A stretch of DNA of 64,000 bases from an uncultured Bacteriovoracaceae bacterium. Its GTDB lineage: Bacteria; Desulfobacterota; Desulfomonilia; UBA1062. The DNA lies in NCBI GenBank assembly GCA_964513375.1, contig CAZEMO010000005.1, positions 65,175 to 129,174 of the forward strand. Direction: 5' to 3'. Below the pieces are notes generated by a model that did not search any database, had not been told where the DNA came from, and worked only from the letters and a program-made list of their open reading frames with translations. Both the position numbers and the translations under genes were made by a program. Below, piece by piece: positions 57,503-64,000 of this stretch. Every line of letters starts with the position of its first letter. The stretch's first letter is position 1.

Positions 57503-58729
57503 ATGAGGAATATCAGGATTTTTATCACATTGTTTTTTCTTTTTGTTTTAACATCCTATGGGTGCAAAACTGATCCGGTTTACGATAATGATATGGGTGT
57601 TGATGCAATTGCAGGACCTGGTTCATGGCTGAAAGGCGATTTGCATTCGCACACTCTTTACAGTGACGGAGACAGTCCGCTAGCAGATGTAATCGATATT
57701 GCCGAGGCAAAAGGTTTCGATTTCTTAGCGGTTACCGACCATAATACGTCTGAACCATGGGATGATCCCAGCTTTCATTCGGATAATCTGACACTTCTAT
57801 ATGGAGTGGAATGGACAAACGAGGACGGGCATGCAAACATATTATCGAATCTTCCATTCAACTGGGATGAGATATCTCCGACACTCTCAGATGGAGGCGA
57901 TCCCCAGTCCGCAATAGAAATCGCGCATAGTATGCAGTCTTTTGAACAGACCGTGCTATTCTCAATCAATCATCCGGTAAATCCCTTCTGTTGCGCATGG
58001 AAGTATTCATTTGAGGCAAGTAAAGTTGCCGATGCAATTGAAGTCTGGAATGGGAGATGGCTGCTTCCTACGACTAATTTCCAGTCCGTCAGGGAGGTAT
58101 ACGATTATTACCTGAAGCAGGGCGAAAAGAAATCCATGGTAGGCGGGAGCGATTCTCATACACATCAGGCGAATAATATTCAGACACTTTACAATGACCT
58201 CGGACTCCCTTCAACCTGGGTATACTCACCATCGGCAGACGGTAAGGACATCCTTGATTCAATCCGCTCAGGACGTACATTCGTCAGCTCTTCTGCGAAC
58301 GGCCCGAGAGTCGTTTTGAAGGCTGACATCGACTATAATCCTGATAATCCGGCATTGATCGAATATGATTTGATGATGGGAGATTCAATTCCTGAAAATG
58401 CGATCGGAAAAGAGGTCTTCTTCAGAGTAAATGTCTTCGGTGCAAATATTCCTTCTTCTATTCTTGTTATTAAAAACGGCAGACCGGTGGTATTCGGGAA
58501 AGACAAAAAACCTGTTCTTGTAAGCGACACTGAACTTGCCGATAAAAAAGTCAAATGGGCAATTTCATTCAGCAGAGATTATGGCCTCAGTTTTATCGAC
58601 AAACCCAGAGAAGGTGACTACTACAGGGTGGAAGTCAGACAGGCAAAGACCTGGAGTTCGGATGCCCCTCTTGGAGAACTGCTGGCAGGGTACATGGGAG
58701 CGCTTTCCAGCCCGATATATACCTGGTAA
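57503..58729 (+). CDS. Secreted lipoprotein, CehA/McbA-family PHP-domain metallohydrolase
   Basis: Lipobox LTSYGC. PHP motifs GDLHSHTLYSDG and AVTDHN. The start was set at the ATG 7 nt after TGGAGGA (the track ORF starts 17 codons earlier). Confidence 0.6.
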   Translation: MRNIRIFITLFFLFVLTSYGCKTDPVYDNDMGVDAIAGPGSWLKGDLHSHTLYSDGDSPLADVIDIAEAKGFDFLAVTDHNTSEPWDDPSFHSDNLTLLYGVEWTNEDGHANILSNLPFNWDEISPTLSDGGDPQSAIEIAHSMQSFEQTVLFSINHPVNPFCCAWKYSFEASKVADAIEVWNGRWLLPTTNFQSVREVYDYYLKQGEKKSMVGGSDSHTHQANNIQTLYNDLGLPSTWVYSPSADGKDILDSIRSGRTFVSSSANGPRVVLKADIDYNPDNPALIEYDLMMGDSIPENAIGKEVFFRVNVFGANIPSSILVIKNGRPVVFGKDKKPVLVSDTELADKKVKWAISFSRDYGLSFIDKPREGDYYRVEVRQAKTWSSDAPLGELLAGYMGALSSPIYTW

Positions 58730-58740
58730 TCAGATAAACA

Positions 58741-58773
58741 AAAGGCAGCGGACTTAATACAACCGCTGCCTTT
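58741..58773 (+). terminator. Stem-loop (aaaggcagcgg-N11-ccgctgccttt) 12 nt after the CehA stop; probable terminator
   Basis: A perfect 11-bp stem, seen directly. The T-tract is short. Confidence 0.4.
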
Positions 58774-58893
58774 CCTGAAACAAATGCCGATGCCGGGAAG
58801 TATATGAAATTTATTAATTAATTCCTTATAACTTCTCTGCCTTACCGGCACGCAATATAAAGAGACCTCCTTTTAAAACATTAAAACGTAAAT

Positions 58894-59103
58894 CTACTGT
58901 ATCTTAAATTCTATAGGATATAGAACCGACCAGCGGGAAACCTCACCATCAGTCAGTATTTCTATTCTTTTTGCAACATCCAGCTTTGGCTTGGTCTTGC
59001 CGGTCATAACTCTGTAAACAGTGCTGGGCGCAACACCAATCATGCTTGCAAACTCTTTTTGACTGATACCCCTGTTATCCAACCATTTTCTCAAAAGTTG
59101 CAT
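58894..59103 (-). CDS. Cro/CI-type HTH protein, YdaS-like
   Basis: 69 aa. ISQKEFASMIGVAPSTVYRVMTGKTKP...RIEILTDGEVSRWSVLYP fits the remembered C-terminal YdaS/Cro pattern (IE..T.G.V....L.P). Confidence 0.55.
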   Translation of the reverse strand: MQLLRKWLDNRGISQKEFASMIGVAPSTVYRVMTGKTKPKLDVAKRIEILTDGEVSRWSVLYPIEFKIQ

Positions 59104-59119
59104 ACTCTTCCCCTTGCTG

Positions 59120-59407
59120 CTACTTAACTGATGATAACACTTTCTGCCTTAGATCCTCTGAGAGCGGAGAGCCTACAAGAATCATGTCATTCTCTGTAGA
59201 CAGCTCATTTCTGATATCTCTTGGATAAAGCAATTCCATTCTTGACACCTTACCATTTGTATAATCTTCTATCTTAAGGGCAATATCTTTAGTCGGAACG
59301 CGCTTTCCTGCTGCAATCTGGCAAAAATAGCTGCGTGATATCTTAAGCTCATCAGCAACCGTCTTCTGGTTAAAACCATTGACTTTAAGCCATGTTTTCA
59401 AAGTCAT
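59120..59407 (-). CDS. Cro/CI-type HTH protein, YdaS-like, paralog of the adjacent gene
   Basis: 95 aa. FNQKTVADELKISRSYFCQIAAGKRVP...KIEDYTNGKVSRMELLYP. It shares the W-LK/R...G..QK...IExxTxGxVSRxxxLYP pattern with 58894-59103. Confidence 0.55.
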   Translation of the reverse strand: MTLKTWLKVNGFNQKTVADELKISRSYFCQIAAGKRVPTKDIALKIEDYTNGKVSRMELLYPRDIRNELSTENDMILVGSPLSEDLRQKVLSSVK

Positions 59408-59568
59408 TTCCGCTCCTTGAATTTAATTTAATTTACTCTAAGCAAATTGTCAATACTTAATTTGCAGTTTGATTAATTATGTTTCATTCGCAATTTTATT
59501 AATAATTTTATTGAGTATTAATGGCCATAATCAGGATGGCATAAAAATACCTTGCCCATATACTCTTC

Positions 59569-61524
59569 ATGCTATATTCCCATCTCATGAGAACGGAAAG
59601 TATTTCAAATGAGATGCAAACAAAGATAAAAGATGGTCTGGATATTTTATGCAAAAAGCTCGAGACTGATTCGGCAGCAGTAATTAAATTTAATAAAGGC
59701 AGGGATGAAATATTTCAAGAAAGCCCCTGCAATTTGTTCCCTTTCCCGGAAATTTTAAATATTTCAACAAAACTTCCAAGGGTCTATGAAAAGCTTCAGC
59801 TCCTTTATCCATATTTCGAACCGCTGGACAGATACAATAAGGATATGAAGGATTATCTTATAAACAATGAGGTTTGCCTTCTTCTGTTTGCCCCGATAAG
59901 CATCAACGGAAAGCTTTGGGGTTGTGTCTGCTGCGTCAAAGTAAATAATACAAAGGAGTTTCAACTTGATGATCTGACAGAGCTTGTGGAATCAGTAAAC
60001 AGATTGTCGAAATACATTTACTTCAAAGACCGCCTCTCTGATAAAAAATTATCAAGTATACCCTCTTGGATGAGCGAATATGCTGCCGACGGGTATTTGA
60101 TCTTTAACGTAAACGGTACCATCGAAGATGCTGGCGGCAAAATACTCTCAGACCTGAATATTCCCAAAACGGTCATGCTGGGGAAAAACATCCTTGACAT
60201 TATCCATCCCAATGACAGGCAATCATTTGAAAGAATATTATTATCGGCCAACGACTGGCCCATTTCAGAAGAAATTCGATTCACATCCGGGAAAGGAATC
60301 TGCATCTGGTATAAACTATTTTTCCACCACACAGACACTGAGGGAGAATCCCTGAAAAACCTATGCCTTACAGTAAATATCAACAGGATAAAAGAGTTGC
60401 TTATTTCGTCTCAGGAGCTCATCGAATCTTACGAATCACTTCTTGACATCCTTAAAGTAGCCATTCTTGCCTTGGATAAGGATGCAAGAATCATGATCGC
60501 ACTGAAAAACAGTGCCAGCATTATAAGCTACAGTCCCGACGAATTAACGGGAAAACTTCTTGGTGATTTTTTGCACCCGGAAGACAGAGAAAGTATAATA
60601 AAGCTTGCACTGAATCCTTTCAGGCAAACACCCTGGGGAAATTTCAGATTCAAATTGAAAAACGGAAACTACGCAAACTTCAGCACTGAGTTCAGATCTC
60701 TTCTGGCAAATGATGGGACAATACGAACTGTTTGCATTATAGAACCTTATGAATTCAACAAAAAGGAATCTTTTCATCATGACCCCAGGTTTTTTATGGA
60801 TTTTTTCTCCGAATCAAAGGAAAAAGTCATAATCTGGGATATGGATTGCGATATCATTAATGCCTCCAGAGGAGCGGAATCATTGATCTGGCAGGAAGGC
60901 GGAAATAAAAGAATTATCAGCCCGGACAATCTTGATATTATCGATAAATATAATCTGAAATCAGAATTTATTAGATTACTGGACAATAATGAGAAGGATA
61001 TTGAACTTGAGATCCTTCTGCCCGCAAAACAGATATTAAAAGCAACCGCTCATATGAAGCACTTCACCCATGGCGCCATGAGTTCAGCTGTCGCAATGAC
61101 AATCAACGAAAGAAAATCTGACATGCCCGATTACTTAATCAAGAAAATATCAGAAAATACCAGTGATCTTGTCTGGGTAACGGATATGGATTTGAAGTAC
61201 ATCTATATAAACCCTTCAATTGAACGTTTGCTTGGATATAAACCCGAAAAAGCCATGAGAATGTTTGGTGACGAGATAGCTACAACTGAGACATTGGCAA
61301 ATATTGCCGCTGCCCTCTCGGAAGGCTTCATTGCCGCACAGGAAAAGGATATCGGATGGATGAAAACATTTCCCGCAGACATGGTGTCCTCTACAGGAGA
61401 AAAGATAGGAGGCAATATGAAGATCCTTCTTTTTTGCGATGAAAATGGAATTTGCATGGGATTTATCGGGATTACGCATTTCAACATCAATTTTAAGCAT
61501 CTGACAGCAAAACAAGCAGCCTGA
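59569..61524 (+). CDS. Multi-PAS domain sensor protein without a recognizable output domain
   Basis: 651 aa. It has several PAS-like starts (e.g. SDLVWVTDMDLKYIYINPSIERLLGYKPEKA). No HisKA/HATPase, GGDEF/EAL or HTH was recognized. Confidence 0.6.
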   Translation: MLYSHLMRTESISNEMQTKIKDGLDILCKKLETDSAAVIKFNKGRDEIFQESPCNLFPFPEILNISTKLPRVYEKLQLLYPYFEPLDRYNKDMKDYLINNEVCLLLFAPISINGKLWGCVCCVKVNNTKEFQLDDLTELVESVNRLSKYIYFKDRLSDKKLSSIPSWMSEYAADGYLIFNVNGTIEDAGGKILSDLNIPKTVMLGKNILDIIHPNDRQSFERILLSANDWPISEEIRFTSGKGICIWYKLFFHHTDTEGESLKNLCLTVNINRIKELLISSQELIESYESLLDILKVAILALDKDARIMIALKNSASIISYSPDELTGKLLGDFLHPEDRESIIKLALNPFRQTPWGNFRFKLKNGNYANFSTEFRSLLANDGTIRTVCIIEPYEFNKKESFHHDPRFFMDFFSESKEKVIIWDMDCDIINASRGAESLIWQEGGNKRIISPDNLDIIDKYNLKSEFIRLLDNNEKDIELEILLPAKQILKATAHMKHFTHGAMSSAVAMTINERKSDMPDYLIKKISENTSDLVWVTDMDLKYIYINPSIERLLGYKPEKAMRMFGDEIATTETLANIAAALSEGFIAAQEKDIGWMKTFPADMVSSTGEKIGGNMKILLFCDENGICMGFIGITHFNINFKHLTAKQAA

Positions 61525-61667
61525 ACAAAATCTCCCAGTTTGCATTTTCTAATAGCAAATTTTGATTTAAAATTTGCAATATGCTAATCTATTTCCAGGA
61601 TATTTGCAGAATCATGTTTATATCTTATTGTTTTAATTAGCTTTTATAATTATTGTAAGGCTTGTCA

Positions 61668-61689
61668 TGATTTGCTATACAGCAAATCA
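61668..61689. promoter_or_regulatory. Perfect inverted repeat TGATTTGCT-ATAC-AGCAAATCA about 35 bp upstream of the second PAS/GAF gene
   Basis: Seen directly. Related TTTGC/GCAAA motifs recur three times within 61540-61690. Confidence 0.3.
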
Positions 61690-61723
61690 GTTGAAATAAA
61701 ATTATATTTTGTGAGAAAAGGAT

Positions 61724-64000
61724 ATGCTGGAAACACAATCGAGAGAATGGAATCCCAAAGACATTCTGAATTCCATAACCATGTCTATTGGTCACAAGCT
61801 CGATGTGGACCATGTCATAGTCTATGAAGCCTGCGATATAAAATCTGATAAGATCAGAAAGTTTCTATCATGGAAAAGATCCGGCGATGTAATCGTTTAT
61901 GATGATAATGAATTCGAGAAAAAAGATTCTTTCTTTGTACAGCTTATCAGTAAAATATCGGTAAATCTTACATCATGGGGAAATTCTTCAAATACAAAAG
62001 AAATAGAATTTTTCAGCATCAACAAATCGAGTTCATATCTGACATCAGCAATACTTACAGAAGGGGTGTTCTGGGGTTTTGTAATATGCACGGATGTCAG
62101 GGAAAGACAGTGGGTCCCTTCCGACCTGTCAATACTCTCAGATGCGGCAGTTGAATATGCAAAATATATCCATTATTCGCAATATTTAAACGATCTGAAG
62201 AAAACAAGCTCCAATTACCGTTTCATTATAGATGATGTCAGCGATATGATTTTGTGGCTTGACCGTGATGCCAGGATCACAAATATTGATGGCCGCCTTT
62301 CAGCAATAAGCGGATTTGAAAAAAAAGAGCTTATCGGAAGCAGTCTGATGGATTTCCTTTACTGGGACAACAATGAACAGAATGAATATAGACATGCATC
62401 AATACAGGCTTTTTTATCAAACAGGAGCACATCTGAACGTCGTATAAAAATGAAAAACGGCGATATCAGATGGATTATTATTAAAAGCCATCCCCTGTTA
62501 AATTATGGCGTCCAGACCGGAACCGTCTGTCTGATTACGGACATTGATGACCTTAAACACAGGCTTTCTTTAAATACGACGGTATTAAACGACAGCAATG
62601 ATATCCTTTCCGAATATCTAAATGACGTGATCTTCGTTGCCGACATGAATCTGAATGTCAAATATATGAGCCCCACTGATGCAAAAGAGAGGGGCTTTAC
62701 AGTGGAAGAATCTATCAAACAGACGCTGAGAGATGTTTTCACGCCCGATGATATCAGAAAAATACTGACATTGCTCCCCAAAACAGCAATCAACGAAGCA
62801 GGAATCCTTGAAACCCGTATTTCACGCAAAGACGGGACAAGCTTCTTTGCTGAAACAATTGTCTGCGCCGAATTCAACGATTCAGGAATGCCTCTTTCGA
62901 TCAGGGGAATATACAGGAATATAGACAGACAAAAATACTACGAAACCAGATTAAACGATGTCGAGAAACAATACAACAACCTCAGTTCAAGCTTAACTGA
63001 TGCTATCCTGATATTTGACAATTCCCTGAGAGCCGAATACATAAGCCCGTCTCTAGCAACAATGACAGGCTATTCCGAACCTGAGCTGAAAAGAATTCTA
63101 AAAAACAGTCCATTTGATTTGCTTGGCAAGGAACTTTACCCTGCTCTTACAAACGCACTCCTGCTAAGGCTCTCTTATTACAAGGCCGGTAAAATATTTT
63201 TCTCAGACAATCCGATTGAGAATTACCTGATCGACAAAAATTCCAGAAAGATTCCAGTAGAGATAACAACTTCAGGAATTTTCAGCACCCCCGAAGAATG
63301 CAGCGGTATAATTTGCAGCTTCAGAGATATATCATGGAAAAAACATGTTGATATCCTGGCGGAAGAATTCTCAAGGCAATATGGCCGCCAGATGCACAAC
63401 ATGATAGGAACTTTTTATTTTGACAATGATTACATTATTACCGAAGCGGACACTAAAGCTGTTCAAATTCTGGGAATCCAGCCTTCCGATGTCAGGCTTT
63501 TATCCTTATCGAAAATTATTACATCCAGGTCTATTGTTAAATTAGAGAAAGAGCTGGCAAAATTATCACAAGCAAATGAAACCACCAGGATCATTGAGCT
63601 GCAATCAAGATATTCACATGGCAAAAACACTTATCTGGGACTGAAGATTGAATTAGCAGGATATGACATATCTCAAAACATCATATACAGGTGCGCGATA
63701 GCAGATATTACCGATTGGACATCATCGCTGCTACCCGCCAGCCATATAAAAGCACTGACTGACAACATAAATGACCTGGTATGGTTTACAGATATGTCAC
63801 TCTGTTTTACTTACATAAGCCCTTCAATAGAACTTTTGCTTGGATACTCCAGAGAGGGTGCGCTAAGCATGTCAGGAGATTTTTTATATACCAGGGAATC
63901 CCTGCAGGCCCTTGGAGAAGCTTTCATAAAAGGTATTAATGCAGGAAAACGGAAATCACCTTACTCTGCAAGCATACCTGTCGATATGAAAACATATAAT
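61724..64000 (+). CDS. GAF plus multi-PAS domain sensor protein, 3'-truncated by the window edge; paralog of the upstream PAS protein
   Basis: Hand translation from ATG 61724 runs without stops to position 64000, giving more than 758 aa. The N-terminal region is GAF-like (EGVFWGFVICTDVRERQWVPSDLSILSDAAVEYA). Repeated PAS starts are present (NDVIFVADMNLNVKYMSP, TDAILIFDNSLRAEYISP, NDLVWFTDMSLCFTYISPSIELLLGYSRE). The track does not list it because it has no stop in the window. Confidence 0.6.
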   Translation, partial: MLETQSREWNPKDILNSITMSIGHKLDVDHVIVYEACDIKSDKIRKFLSWKRSGDVIVYDDNEFEKKDSFFVQLISKISVNLTSWGNSSNTKEIEFFSINKSSSYLTSAILTEGVFWGFVICTDVRERQWVPSDLSILSDAAVEYAKYIHYSQYLNDLKKTSSNYRFIIDDVSDMILWLDRDARITNIDGRLSAISGFEKKELIGSSLMDFLYWDNNEQNEYRHASIQAFLSNRSTSERRIKMKNGDIRWIIIKSHPLLNYGVQTGTVCLITDIDDLKHRLSLNTTVLNDSNDILSEYLNDVIFVADMNLNVKYMSPTDAKERGFTVEESIKQTLRDVFTPDDIRKILTLLPKTAINEAGILETRISRKDGTSFFAETIVCAEFNDSGMPLSIRGIYRNIDRQKYYETRLNDVEKQYNNLSSSLTDAILIFDNSLRAEYISPSLATMTGYSEPELKRILKNSPFDLLGKELYPALTNALLLRLSYYKAGKIFFSDNPIENYLIDKNSRKIPVEITTSGIFSTPEECSGIICSFRDISWKKHVDILAEEFSRQYGRQMHNMIGTFYFDNDYIITEADTKAVQILGIQPSDVRLLSLSKIITSRSIVKLEKELAKLSQANETTRIIELQSRYSHGKNTYLGLKIELAGYDISQNIIYRCAIADITDWTSSLLPASHIKALTDNINDLVWFTDMSLCFTYISPSIELLLGYSREGALSMSGDFLYTRESLQALGEAFIKGINAGKRKSPYSASIPVDMKTYN

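Noticed and set aside
58621-58851. 76-aa minus-strand ORF downstream of the Cro-like genes
   Set aside because: It overlaps the CehA 3' end and its terminator hairpin, and has no SD.

Overview
This 64 kb window reads as chromosomal core DNA from an anaerobic, probably deltaproteobacterial or syntroph-like organism (my inference from gene content and roughly 45-50% GC). Nearly all of it is coding. I found no transposases, integrases, CRISPR arrays or restriction-modification genes. The most unusual part is a long minus-strand catabolic operon at 1-10973. It carries four SCP-x-type thiolase-fold paralogs: a 5'-truncated one with the nucleophile cysteine and three that, by eye, lack it. Alongside them are two DUF35 partners (one a tandem-SCP2-DUF35 fusion), a BKACE-family beta-keto acid cleavage enzyme, a GctAB-like CoA-transferase, an AMP-forming acyl-CoA synthetase and a small PHP phosphoesterase. 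A TetR gene with palindromic operators sits at the head, diverging from an ABC-F ATPase. The rest is housekeeping or accessory: pal plus a repeat-rich truncated pal paralog; an ilvBNC-pssA-leuACD operon preceded by a DUF465 gene; PilZ and an HD-GYP response regulator (c-di-GMP signalling); hpt, ruvX, mltG; a UshA-like nucleotidase; DUF47-pit; tRNA-Thr; a polar amino-acid ABC transporter; an orphan SBP5 protein next to a Qng1/DUF2419 queuosine-salvage homologue; a C45-like Ntn hydrolase; tRNA-Phe; DUF763; a tungsten-type aldehyde:ferredoxin oxidoreductase cluster with polyferredoxin and an FAD/NAD/2Fe-2S reductase; an FlgM-like protein; YgiQ; RmuC; a BtuFCD-like transporter; greA; a secreted CehA/PHP metallohydrolase; two tandem Cro/YdaS-like HTH proteins; and two paralogous multi-PAS/GAF sensor proteins with no output domain. 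All functional calls rest on motif recognition in the translated ORFs, done by eye. No database search was run.
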